Source of the DNA: Cyanobacteria bacterium P01_A01_bin.123
GTDB taxonomy: Bacteria; Cyanobacteriota; Cyanobacteriia; Phormidesmidales; Phormidesmidaceae
Assembly: GCA_039815185.1 (NCBI GenBank)
Contig: JBCBZT010000011.1
Coordinates: forward strand, 64,001-128,000
DNA: 64,000 nucleotides
Reading direction: 5' to 3'
Shown: in pieces, positions 29,460 through 39,800 of the stretch
Layout of the letters: every line of letters begins with the position of its first letter
How positions within the stretch are numbered: the first letter of the stretch is position 1
Position numbers and translations under genes: made by a program
Notes under the pieces: generated by a model
What the model saw: the letters and a program-made list of their open reading frames with translations, nothing else
Told to the model about the DNA's origin: nothing
The model's database searches: none

Positions 29460-30998
29460 ATGACAGTTGATTACTTGATTGTAGGAAGCGGTCTATCTGC
29501 GCTGGTCTTCGGTGCGCTCATGGCCAACGCCGGAAAACAGGTGCAAATTTTGGAATCCCATGAGCACCCTGGCGGGTTTGGCCATACCTTTACCATGGCC
29601 CAAAAATACACCTTCAATGCCCAACTGCACTACGTTTGGGATTGTGGCGCAGGCAATACGGTGAACCGGGTGCTGAAACGGCTTGATCTCGATCAGGCTA
29701 TTACTTTTGAACGGTATGACCCGGATGGATTCGATCACATGCGAATGCCCGGTTATGCCCTAGATATTCCCTCAGATGCGGCCACGTTGATTCAGCGACT
29801 CTCTCAGCTTTTCCCTGACCACCAAAAGCCAATCCAGCAATTTATTGACGAAGTTCAAAACGTTCGGGCTGGATTGAAAATCCTGTCTCCACCCGTGCAG
29901 CCCTTAGAACTACTGAAGCACTTGGGTCAGGCAACAGCAACAGCTCGGTATATGAACAGCACCTTACAGGATGTTTTCGATAAGTTTAAGCTGCCCGAAG
30001 CCGCACAAACCCTACTGGCGCTGCAATGGCCTGATTTTTTGTTGCCGCCAAACCAACTTTCCTTTTATGCCTGGGTAATTCTGTTTACCGGCTATCAAGA
30101 AGGTGCATTTTACCCGACTCAACATTTTGAAGCGGTTATCAATGCCTTAGTCAGCGTGATTGAAAACCATGGTGGGCGGGTCTTGCTGAATCAAGAAGTC
30201 GTGAACTTTTTGGTCACAGACAAAACAGTCGAGGGGGTTCAGGCAATTGACCGCCTCACCCACGTGACCCAAGACTTCACTGCCGATACCATCATCTGCA
30301 ATATGGATCCGAAAAAAGCAGCCAAGATGATCGGCATTGAAAAGTTCTCGAAGGCAATCTGCAAAAAGTTGGATTATGACTACTCCCCTTCAAATTTTAT
30401 GGCCTACTGTGTGGTCAAAGATCTAGACCTGCGGGACTACGGATTTGGCAAGTGGAATATCTTTCATACTGAGCATCCCAATCTGAACGATGCCTTTGAT
30501 CAGATGTATGGTCAGAACGATTTTTCCCAGCTCAGCTTTGCCATCACAACACCGACCTTACTGACAGACGAACATCGAGATTGTCCCAAGGATTGCCAAA
30601 TCATTGAGTTTTTAACCGTCGCGAACTACGACTATTTTCGGGAGCTGCTAGCGCGCGATCGCAAGCTTTATAACCAAAAAAAAGCAGAGATTCTAGACCA
30701 CATTCTCGACATTGTTGAAGCCCATTATGTGCCTAACTTGAGAGACCATCTCGTCTTCAAGATCACCGGTAGCCCAACCACCAATGAACGGTTTTGTAGC
30801 TGCCCCAGCGGTAATTCCTACGGATCAAGCCTGACTCCCAAAAATATGGGGCTGGGTCGGCTGAATCATCAGAGTTCGCTAAAGAATTTCTATTTCTGCA
30901 ATGCCTCCTCTGGTTATCCAGGCTTTGCGCCTACCTTTTGGACGGGGGCACTTCTGTATCAAAGACTGTCCGGCGATGTCATTTTAGGGAAGGGCTAA
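29460..30998 (+). CDS. Phytoene desaturase / retinol saturase-like FAD oxidoreductase
   Basis: IVGSGLSAL dinucleotide-binding motif, PGGFGHTF, SPTTNERF...GNSYG C-terminal motif. Confidence 0.8.
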   Translation: MTVDYLIVGSGLSALVFGALMANAGKQVQILESHEHPGGFGHTFTMAQKYTFNAQLHYVWDCGAGNTVNRVLKRLDLDQAITFERYDPDGFDHMRMPGYALDIPSDAATLIQRLSQLFPDHQKPIQQFIDEVQNVRAGLKILSPPVQPLELLKHLGQATATARYMNSTLQDVFDKFKLPEAAQTLLALQWPDFLLPPNQLSFYAWVILFTGYQEGAFYPTQHFEAVINALVSVIENHGGRVLLNQEVVNFLVTDKTVEGVQAIDRLTHVTQDFTADTIICNMDPKKAAKMIGIEKFSKAICKKLDYDYSPSNFMAYCVVKDLDLRDYGFGKWNIFHTEHPNLNDAFDQMYGQNDFSQLSFAITTPTLLTDEHRDCPKDCQIIEFLTVANYDYFRELLARDRKLYNQKKAEILDHILDIVEAHYVPNLRDHLVFKITGSPTTNERFCSCPSGNSYGSSLTPKNMGLGRLNHQSSLKNFYFCNASSGYPGFAPTFWTGALLYQRLSGDVILGKG

Positions 30999-31003
30999 AG
31001 GCT

Positions 31004-32281
31004 ATGAGAATCGCAATCATTGGAGGTGGCGCCAGTGGCATGGTGACGGCCTACTTGCTCGATCAACAAAGGCATCAGGTCACAGTTTTTGAACGCCAAT
31101 CAGTTTTAGGCGGACACATTCGCACCCTCAACAAAAATGTGCAGCCCAACCATTCAAACTCTGACCAAATCTTGGAAAACGGCGTACTGGAGTTTCCAGC
31201 TGCGTTTCACAACTTCTTGGCGCTGATGCAAACCTTGGAGGTTGAGTTAGACCCCGTTGATATTGGCTCTGCATTGTTTTTGCAAGATGGTCGTCATTTT
31301 CTCTCCAGTACTATGATTCGCAAGAATTTTACGGGGATGCAACGGCTCCTGGAATATCTAAGGCTAGATACGCTGTACGCTCGTTCGGCTGGATTTTGGG
31401 TGAGAATGCAATTTCGAAAGATGCAGGATTTTTATGCCCAGCCCATGTCTCAGCACTTGCCACGCCCCTGTATTCGCAACTGCTGGCTCAAATTGTTGAC
31501 CATGTACAGCTATTCCATGCCCTTTGAGCTGATTGATGATTTTCCCGCAGAGTTGGCGATTCCAGCCCTACGTCAATATATTTTCGTCCATTGGTTCAGA
31601 ATTAAGGGCGGCGTGTATACCTACATTGAAAAAATTCTGGAACGGTTTAGAGGCACAATTTTCCTCAATGCCAACGTGAAAGGGATTACCCGAAATCCTA
31701 ATGGCGTTGCCATCGAGTTGCCCGAGGGATCGCAGTCGTTTGACAAGGTGGTGTTTGCAACACCACCAGATCAGGTGATGAAGCTGTTGGCTGACCCCAC
31801 CCCAGCTGAATGCAAGCGCTTCTCAAGTTGGCGGGAGAACCAAGTGCGAACCCTTCTCCATTCAGATACAACAATGTACGAGCGCTATGGCATTGCCCAA
31901 CCTTCGGAGTTTGACTTTTTCCAAACCGATGAAGGCTGGGGCTACAATGCTTTCCTGAATCAGCTCTGCGGGATTGACTCACCCCAACGTTATAGTTTGG
32001 CTTTTAACCTGGCTGGCCTGATTGACAAGGACAAAATCCTCCATATTCAAGAACACCACACGCCGCTGTATACGGTCGAGTCTTTCCACCATCGCGACCA
32101 GGTGATTGAGACCAATGGCGAGAATAATACTTACCATGCGGGGGCCTATCTTGGGGATGGCTTGCATGAGGGGGCTGTGACCTCTGCTATGCGAGTGGCT
32201 AAGTTGGTGGGCTCTCGGAATTCACCTGATTGGGCGCCATCCCTCTCGACCAGGGCCTTGATCAGATTCTCCATAGGCTAG
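31004..32281 (+). CDS. FAD/NAD-binding oxidoreductase (amine oxidase-like)
   Basis: IAIIGGGASG, LGGH, HHTP, GAYLGDGLHEGAVTSA. Confidence 0.82.
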   Translation: MRIAIIGGGASGMVTAYLLDQQRHQVTVFERQSVLGGHIRTLNKNVQPNHSNSDQILENGVLEFPAAFHNFLALMQTLEVELDPVDIGSALFLQDGRHFLSSTMIRKNFTGMQRLLEYLRLDTLYARSAGFWVRMQFRKMQDFYAQPMSQHLPRPCIRNCWLKLLTMYSYSMPFELIDDFPAELAIPALRQYIFVHWFRIKGGVYTYIEKILERFRGTIFLNANVKGITRNPNGVAIELPEGSQSFDKVVFATPPDQVMKLLADPTPAECKRFSSWRENQVRTLLHSDTTMYERYGIAQPSEFDFFQTDEGWGYNAFLNQLCGIDSPQRYSLAFNLAGLIDKDKILHIQEHHTPLYTVESFHHRDQVIETNGENNTYHAGAYLGDGLHEGAVTSAMRVAKLVGSRNSPDWAPSLSTRALIRFSIG

Positions 32282-32419
32282 CCCATTGGCTTCTGCATAG
32301 CGCTGCATAAATCGCAGGCATCGTTCCCAATGATCGTTTCCCTGTCGGGGTACAAGGCTCTCATCTTTTGGGCTGATGATACGCTGCTGACCAGAGTTGT
32401 TTTTGCTAGCTTAACCCTT

Positions 32420-32989
32420 ATGGCGTCTTCTTCCTGGCAAACTCAGAATCGCTTTTTAGAAATGCGAACCCAATGGCTGACGCTCATTGGTGAGCACCTG
32501 ATCGATAACCAGGGACAAACCTTAGAATACTGGCGGATCGAAAAGGCTGATTCGGTCATCATTTTGCCCATTCATCGTCAGCAGATCCTGCTGCCCCTAC
32601 CTACCTATCGGCCCGGTTTGGGCGAAACAACGTGGGATTTTCCGGGTGGGCGTGTATCTCAGGGGCAAACGCCTAGCACCATGGTACCCATGATCTTGAA
32701 ACGGGAAATGGGGATTGGGGAAGATGCGATCGCGCCAGCGCTGGCCGGTCAGCTCACATCCCTCAAACCGCTTGACTCAACTGGATGGGCTATCAATAGT
32801 GCGTTCTCAAATCAGCGTCTCTACGGCTTTGCTGTCGATCTCAATCCAGCCTTAGAGCTTGATTCAGCGCTCATAGGCAATAGGCTCCCGGCTACTCAGT
32901 CGGGCATTCAAGACTTGCTCAGTCTCCTCACCTGCTTGCAATGTCGCGCCGTTTTACTACAGTGGTGGCTGGCCCAAAATATGGCATGA
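32420..32989 (+). CDS. NUDIX-fold protein with degenerate Nudix box
   Basis: YRPG...WDFPGG motif of ADP-ribose pyrophosphatase-like proteins. Confidence 0.65.
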   Translation: MASSSWQTQNRFLEMRTQWLTLIGEHLIDNQGQTLEYWRIEKADSVIILPIHRQQILLPLPTYRPGLGETTWDFPGGRVSQGQTPSTMVPMILKREMGIGEDAIAPALAGQLTSLKPLDSTGWAINSAFSNQRLYGFAVDLNPALELDSALIGNRLPATQSGIQDLLSLLTCLQCRAVLLQWWLAQNMA

Positions 32990-33079
32990 GGTCAGCATAT
33001 TTGCGATGGTCGTTCACGGGTTTGCTCAATCCGTGACATCATGACCTATTGAATTTGAATGTGGTGGAGAGCGCACACG

Positions 33080-33733
33080 ATGGAGATTGGACAGCTACGG
33101 AAGGAATATGGTCGTCTAGAACTGCATCGAAAGCAACTACCGAATCACCCATTGCCCCTCTTTGAACAGTGGTTTAAGGAGGCCTGCGATCAGGCAGATC
33201 TACCTGAGCCCAATGCCATGACGTTGGCAACCATCTCTCCAGAGGGCATCCCCGCTCAACGCACTGTACTACTCAAATATTTTGACCTGAATGGGTTTGT
33301 GTTTTTTAGCAACTACGAAAGTCGCAAAGCTAAGCATATTGAACAAAATCCAGTGGCGTCGCTATTGTTCCTGTGGTTACCCCTTGAGCGTCAAGTAGAA
33401 ATTCAAGGTCGGGTTGAGCGGGTGCCAACGGCGGAGTCTTTAGCCTATTTCACGTCGCGGCCTCGGGGATCTCAACTAGGGGCGTGGTGTTCCCAGCAAA
33501 GCCAAGTGATCACTTCCCGTAAGCTGCTAGAGCTCAAGCTGGATGAAATGCGACGAAAGTTTGCCAACCGCCAAGTGCCGCTACCGAGCTTTTGGGGAGG
33601 TTATCGGATTGTGCCCCATCAGGTTGAGTTTTGGCAGGGGCGTCCAAATCGGTTGCACGATCGGTTTTTGTATGTGCGTGACCCCGACGCTTCTGGGGTT
33701 AACGATTGGCAGATTCAGCGGTTAGCCCCTTAA
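33080..33733 (+). CDS. pdxH: Pyridoxamine 5'-phosphate oxidase
   Basis: EPNAMTLAT, RTVLLK, NYESRK, EFWQGRPNRLHDR, RLAP. Confidence 0.96.
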   Translation: MEIGQLRKEYGRLELHRKQLPNHPLPLFEQWFKEACDQADLPEPNAMTLATISPEGIPAQRTVLLKYFDLNGFVFFSNYESRKAKHIEQNPVASLLFLWLPLERQVEIQGRVERVPTAESLAYFTSRPRGSQLGAWCSQQSQVITSRKLLELKLDEMRRKFANRQVPLPSFWGGYRIVPHQVEFWQGRPNRLHDRFLYVRDPDASGVNDWQIQRLAP

Positions 33734-33765
33734 GCGCTTTTGATTCCGTCACGGCTTAGTGCCTC

Positions 33766-33797
33766 CTCATCACTTCCTCAAAGTTTATGTGTAGCGT
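33766..33797 (+). promoter_or_regulatory. Direct-repeat box plus -10 (regulon motif)
   Basis: CTCATCACTTCCTCA-N11-TAGCGT. Confidence 0.7.
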
Positions 33798-33828
33798 GTG
33801 GGGATAGACCTGTTTTGGACACTGTGCC

Positions 33829-34233
33829 ATGGATATCGATCTTGAAAACACGGCCACGCCTTCAGGCGAACCTCCAGATGAAACCAATGCCGCGATCGCC
33901 CCGACTGAGGCCGAGACCAACGATCAGGAAAAGGTCACCGTAGAAGAATTTAAAGTCTCGGGCGATGCCTTGGTCGCCAAAATCAAGGAGCTGATTCACC
34001 AGGGTAATATTCGTCGCATCATTATCAAAAATCAAAACGGCCATACTCTGATCGAGATTCCGATGACCGTCGGGGTGATTGGCGGTGCCATCGGAGCAGT
34101 CATTTTTCCCGTTGTTGCTGCTGTTGCCGTCATTGGTGCGATGGTCACCCATCTGACCGTTGTGATTGAGCGTCAGGCGTCAAGCCAGTCGAGTGACTCA
34201 GAAGACTATCATGATTCAGAACAAGAAGCATAG
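33829..34233 (+). CDS. DUF4342 domain protein
   Basis: EEFKVSG...KIKELIHQGNIRRIIIK...LIEIP...G motif. Confidence 0.82.
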   Translation: MDIDLENTATPSGEPPDETNAAIAPTEAETNDQEKVTVEEFKVSGDALVAKIKELIHQGNIRRIIIKNQNGHTLIEIPMTVGVIGGAIGAVIFPVVAAVAVIGAMVTHLTVVIERQASSQSSDSEDYHDSEQEA

Positions 34234-34310
34234 AAAATCAGTCTTAGGCTTGATTGAGCCAAACTCACGATGGCTGTTGATCAAAGCGGGCATTTTTTGG
34301 ACACTGCAGT

Positions 34311-34634
34311 ATGGGTCATAAATCTACGGAAACGAATCCAAAAGTTCAGGCAACAGGCACCATCTGGGGTTGTGCTATTGGCATGTTAGGGGTGTGTATT
34401 CCCTTGGTTGCGATTACCAACAGTGGTTTGATACTGCCCCTTCTGGTGATTCTTAGTGCAGTCGGTGGGACAGTTGCAGTATGGCTTGCCCCTGACAAGC
34501 GTCAGCGAGGGGAGGCTCATTTAGCTCAGACTATAAAGGTGTTGGAGGCACGGGTGATGAATCTAGAGACGATTTATGTCAGCCTTCCCGAGGCTGACAA
34601 ACCCCTGCCACTCCCAGAAATAGACAAGCATTGA
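34311..34634 (+). CDS. Small two-TM membrane protein with coiled coil
   Basis: IWGCAIGMLGVCIPL; LEARVMNLETI. Confidence 0.7.
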   Translation: MGHKSTETNPKVQATGTIWGCAIGMLGVCIPLVAITNSGLILPLLVILSAVGGTVAVWLAPDKRQRGEAHLAQTIKVLEARVMNLETIYVSLPEADKPLPLPEIDKH

Positions 34635-34688
34635 GCCCCTGATGCCGACCCCACTTCCCTGATGTCTTCATTTTTCTAGGCGGAACTG

Positions 34689-34850
34689 ATGTGCTCAATC
34701 TTCTCTCAAGTTTTGGATGGACAAGTTATTGTCGGACGTAATTTCGATTGGATACAGCTAGGGGTAACGTTTGATATTTTCGCTTTCAAAAGTGAATTAA
34801 GTAAAGTGAATTTCATGATGGAATATCCTAAACAAACCAGGAGTTGCTAA
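34689..34850 (+). pseudogene. N-terminal fragment of an Ntn-hydrolase (choloylglycine hydrolase / linear amide C-N hydrolase-like)
   Basis: MCSIFSQVLDGQVIVGRNFDW (Cys2 nucleophile, GRNxD), only 53 aa long. Confidence 0.55.
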
Positions 34851-35033
34851 TATATAAATGAGGATGTAGTTGATCCTCTTTCGACATAGCAAAGATGTGG
34901 CGACGCCTAGCAAGGCAAGGCCAAACAAGGATCTAGAAAGAGACTTCTATGCGAGGGAAACCGTGAGCACTACATGCTCGTGAGTTCAATATGAAAGGTT
35001 CAGGAGAGAACCATTGGAAAACTCAATAGAGAG

Positions 35034-35079
35034 AATTTGACGGGTAATGTCGAGAGATGGCAGTGCCCGTCAAATTTTA
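35034..35079. terminator. Hairpin terminator between convergent units
   Basis: AATTTGACGGG...CCCGTCAAATT inverted repeat. Confidence 0.6.
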
Positions 35080-35148
35080 CTTTAAATTCTCTTATTTGAA
35101 ATATTTCAGAGGCCAGAAGATCTGAGACTACTAATGTAATTGAGTTGT

Positions 35149-35814
35149 TCAAACCAGGTGTTTTTGGAACCATCGATTGGCAAGCTGGGTGACTTGTGCC
35201 AGAGTGCCGGGTTCTTCGAACAGATGAGTTGCCTTTGGGACAATCTCCAGATGTTTTTCAGCAGGGATATATCGGTAAGCCTTCTGATTCAGGATGATGA
35301 CGGGCGCGTCATTGCCTCCCACAATTAACAGCGTAGGTGTTTTGAGGCGCGTTAGAACAGAACCAACCAGATCGGGGCGTCCACCCCGTGAAACAATCGC
35401 TTTGACCGCATCTGGGCGGGCCACTGCAGCCATTAGTGCAGCAGCGCTACCTGTACTGGCTCCAAAGTAGCCAATCTTAAGCTGGCGAGTGACGGGGTTT
35501 TGCAATAACCAGTCAGTTGCCCCAAGCAGTCGCGCTGCAAGCAAACCGATATCGAAGCGGAGGTGATGGGTTTGTCGATCAATGTTTTCTTCTTCGATTG
35601 TTAGCAGGTCAAATAACAGGGTTGCTAATCCAGCTTGTTGCAGGGTTTGAGCCACATAGCAGTTACGAGGGCTGCGCCGACTGCTGCCACTGCCGTGGGC
35701 AAACAAGACAATCCCCTGAGCACTAGCGGGTACCGCTAGATTGCCGATTAATCGCACTGAATCTGTTGGGATCGAAATTAAGGTGTTATGGTCCTGTTTC
35801 TGTATCGTATTCAT
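35149..35814 (-). CDS. Dienelactone hydrolase-family alpha/beta hydrolase
   Basis: FAHGSGSSR, GYFGASTG, SRGGRPDL, HLFEEPG. Confidence 0.88.
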   Translation of the reverse strand: MNTIQKQDHNTLISIPTDSVRLIGNLAVPASAQGIVLFAHGSGSSRRSPRNCYVAQTLQQAGLATLLFDLLTIEEENIDRQTHHLRFDIGLLAARLLGATDWLLQNPVTRQLKIGYFGASTGSAAALMAAVARPDAVKAIVSRGGRPDLVGSVLTRLKTPTLLIVGGNDAPVIILNQKAYRYIPAEKHLEIVPKATHLFEEPGTLAQVTQLANRWFQKHLV

Positions 35815-35832
35815 GGGGTTGACCTCCTGAAT

Positions 35833-36516
35833 TCAGCCAATAGCGTTTGGCATGGTGGGGATGAAGCTGATGTTGTGATGCTGTTGAGCCAACAGTTTAC
35901 GAACTTCTTCATCTGTGGTTTGGTCGAAGTACTCGTACCAAAGACTGATGGCATAAAAGGGAGTTGGGGTAGCTAGACAAGTCATTTGATCGACTTCAGC
36001 TTTTAAGGTTTGGTAAGTGTCTATCGGCGCAACGGGGGTGGCAACAATAAGCTGTCGGGGGCGCTGTGATTTCAGAACGGCGATCGCGGCCTGCATTGTT
36101 GCGCCTGTTGCAATGCCATCATCAACCAGAATGACAATTTGATCGCGAATTTCTGGCTGGGGCCGATTGCCCCGATAGGCACGATCTCGTCGTTGCAGTT
36201 CTCGCAGTTCTCGGGCAGTAACCCGTTCAAGGGTCTGATCAGAAATGCTGAGTGAGCTGAGGATGTCGTCGTTAAGTATCCGAACGCCGCCAAAGGCGAT
36301 CGCCCCCATAGCTAACTCCCTATGATCAGGAACTCCCAGCTTTCGCACCAGACAAATATCGAGGGGCAAATTTAAAGCATGAGCCACCTCATAGGCCACA
36401 GGTACACCGCCTCGGGGCAACCCCAATACCAGCACATCAGTGCGACTGGCATAGGCTTTGAGCTGGTTTGCTAGTAGCTGTCCTGCTTCAATGCGATTGT
36501 AAAATCTAGTGCCCAT
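35833..36516 (-). CDS. Phosphoribosyltransferase family protein
   Basis: LPRGGVPVA, ELAMGAI, VDDGIATGATM PRPP-binding loop. Confidence 0.92.
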   Translation of the reverse strand: MGTRFYNRIEAGQLLANQLKAYASRTDVLVLGLPRGGVPVAYEVAHALNLPLDICLVRKLGVPDHRELAMGAIAFGGVRILNDDILSSLSISDQTLERVTARELRELQRRDRAYRGNRPQPEIRDQIVILVDDGIATGATMQAAIAVLKSQRPRQLIVATPVAPIDTYQTLKAEVDQMTCLATPTPFYAISLWYEYFDQTTDEEVRKLLAQQHHNISFIPTMPNAIG

Positions 36517-36586
36517 AATCCTCACCTTTTTATCTTGCTCATCTTGTCGCTCGAATGGCAAAAGATTTGAGCTTCATCCTGACTTC

Positions 36587-36618
36587 AGGCTAGAGAAATA
36601 ATCTGAGGACTTTATGAG
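36587..36618 (-). promoter_or_regulatory. Direct-repeat box plus -10 (regulon motif)
   Basis: CTCATAAAGTCCTCA-N11-TAGCCT. Confidence 0.75.
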
Positions 36619-36730
36619 GGCATCATCCATTGCAGCCCCTTATCAGAGGCGGCTTCATAAGTTCCTTAAGGAAGTTTGGCGGGCCGATTAAACCATTTTT
36701 GTAGCGTTTTGGGTGTATCTGGCCAACGTC

Positions 36731-36762
36731 TTCATAACTTCCTCAAACTCTCTCTCTAAGCT
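36731..36762 (+). promoter_or_regulatory. Direct-repeat box plus -10 (regulon motif), nifJ promoter
   Basis: TTCATAACTTCCTCA-N11-TAAGCT; extra upstream box TTCATAAGTTCCTTA at 36654-36668. Confidence 0.75.
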
Positions 36763-36802
36763 GAAATTCAAAGGTTAGCGAAAGCCGCTCGAGGATTCAG
36801 CT

Positions 36803-39800
36803 ATGACAACCGCTATCTCGCGCCAGTCCACCTTCGCCACCCTAGACGGCAATGAAGCAGTGGCTCGGATCGCCTATGCTCTGAACGAAGTTATCGCCAT
36901 TTATCCCATAACACCTGCCTCGCCAATGGGGGAATGGGCTGATGCCTGGGCCGCAGGCGGTCAGCCTAATCTATGGGGAACTGTTCCCTCTATTGCGGAG
37001 ATGCAGAGCGAAGGGGGGGTAGCTGGGGTTGTTCACGGAGCACTGCAAACCGGATCGCTCACCACCACGTTTACCGCTTCCCAAGGGTTGCTATTGATGC
37101 TACCCAACCTGCATAAGATTGCGGGCGAGCTGACCCCTTGTGTGATTCATGTGGCGGCCCGATCAGTCGCAGCTCAGGCATTGTCTATCTTTGGTGACCA
37201 TAGTGACGTGATGGCGGCACGGGGCACGGGCTTTGGGTTGCTCTGTTCGGCCTCGGTGCAAGAGGCTCAGGACATGGCCGCGATCGCGACTGCAACTTCC
37301 CTTGCCAGTCGTGTCCCTTTCATCCACTTTTTCGATGGGTTCCGGACTTCCCACGAAATTCAAAAAATTAAGCTGCTTGCTGAAGATGATTTACGAGTCA
37401 TGATCGACGATAAGCTGATCGTGCAGCATCGTCAGCGTGCCCTCAGCCCCGACCACCCCGTTATTCGAGGCACTGCCCAGAACCCAGATGTATTCTTCCA
37501 GGCACGGGAAGCGGTGAATCTCTACTATGATCACTGCACCGATGTTGTCGCAAAGGTCATGGATACCTTTGCCCAACTCACCGGACGACAATATCGACCC
37601 TTTGAGTACTACGGCAGCCCGGGTGCAGAGCGCGTGATTGTGCTGATGGGCTCTGGGTGTGAAACGGTTCAAGCCACAGTGGATGCCCTCAACGAGCAGG
37701 GGGAAAATGTCGGCATGGTCAAGGTGCGTCTCTACCGCCCCTTTGACGCCGAGTGGTTGGCCACCGTACTGCCCAAAACCGTTAAAGCGCTCAGCGTGCT
37801 GGATCGCACTAAAGAACCGGGGAGTGCCGGGGAACCCCTGTACTTAGATGTGCTCACTGCGCTACTAGAACAGCGATTTACCACCCCAGACAATGCCTTT
37901 CCGGTAGTGGTCGGGGGCCGCTACGGATTGTCATCTAAAGAATTTACCCCAGCCATGGTCGTGGCTGTCTTCGATAATCTATTGCTCGACGGCTTCCAGG
38001 ACAACTGCCCGGAACCGAAGAACCACTTCACTATTGGCATTGATGACGATGTCACCCACACGAGTCTTCGCTACGACTCCGCTTTTTCCATTGAACCTGA
38101 GCAAACGATCCGGGCTATCTTTTACGGTTTAGGGTCAGACGGTACGGTTGGCGCCAATAAGAACACGATCAAAATCATTGGCGAAACCACCGACCACTAT
38201 GCCCAGGGCTACTTTGTCTATGACTCAAAGAAATCTGGCTCCGTGACCACCTCGCACCTGCGATTTGGTCCCGAACTCATCCATGCGCCCTATCTGGTCA
38301 ATCGAGCAAACTTCGTCGCTTGCCACCAATGGATGCTGCTAGACCAGCTTGACATTCTAGATCCAGCGATCGCGGGAGCTACATTTTTACTCAATTCCCC
38401 CTATACCCCTGAGGAAACCTGGCATCAACTGCCCATAAGGACTCAGGCCCAGATTATCCAGAAGCAACTTCAGGTCTATGCGATCAATGCCTACCAAGTC
38501 GCCCGCGAAGTCGGCATGGGCGGAAGGATCAACACAGTGATGCAAACCTGTTTCTTTGCCTTGTCAAAGATCTTGCCGGAGACAGAGGCGATCGCAGCCA
38601 TTAAGCATTCCATTCGCAAAACCTATGCCAAGAAAGGAGAGGCGATTGTTGCCATGAACCTGCAGGCTGTGGATCAGACCTTGCAGCACTTGTACGAAGT
38701 CTCTATGCCTCAAGCAGCTGCGGACATGACGATTCCGTCCCTTAAGTCCCCGGTGCCTGAAACTGCGCCAACCTTTGTGCAAACCGTATTGGGCCAAATG
38801 ATGCAACGTCAAGGGGACGCCATTCCCGTCAGTGCTCTACCCTGCGATGGGACTTACCCAACCGATACTGCCCAGTGGGAGAAGCGCAACATTGCCCAGG
38901 CGATTCCAGTGTGGGACTCAGATGTGTGTGTACAGTGCGGCAAGTGTGTCATGGTCTGCCCCCACGGGGTAATTCGCAGCAAAGTCTATGACCCCAAGCA
39001 GTTAAAAGATGCGCCTTCCAGCTTCAAACACACCACCGCCCGCGAATGGGTTGGTCAGGCATTCACGATTCAGGTGGCGGCAGAAGACTGCACGGGCTGC
39101 GGTATTTGCGTAGATGTGTGCCCCGCTAAAAACAAAGCCATTCCTCGATTGAAGGCAATCAACATGACCCCGGTCTACCAAACCGCCTCGGCCTCTAAGA
39201 GGTCAGCCTCTAAGACCTCAGCCTCTGAGACAGACCTTTCTGTTCAGAGGAATGGAACCCACCCGCTTCTCGATTTACGACAGCAAGAGAAACCCAACTG
39301 GGACTTCTTTTTACAGCTGCCTAACCCCGACCGACAACAGCTCAATCTGCACAAAATTAGCCAGCAGCAGATGCAAGAACCGCTGTTTGAATTTTCGGGG
39401 GCTTGTGCCGGGTGTGGTGAAACCCCCTATTTGAAGTTGCTGACTCAGCTCTTTGGCGATCGCCTACTCGTGGCCAACGCCACTGGCTGCTCCTCGATCT
39501 ATGGTGGCAACCTACCCACCACCCCCTGGAGCCAAAACGCCGAGGGACGTGGCCCTGCCTGGTCGAACTCGTTGTTTGAAGACAATGCTGAGTTTGGCCT
39601 GGGGTTCCGGGTGTCGATCGACAAGCAGGCAGACTATGCGGCTGAGCTGCTAAAGCAGATTGCTGACGCAGAAGAAGGACAGTCTGCATTGCCCACCCTA
39701 GCGCGGCAAATTCTCCAAGCACAGCAGTTAGACGAATCCGACATTGTTGAACAGCGGCAGCGGGTCACCCAACTCAAAGCCATGCTGACAGAACTGATTC

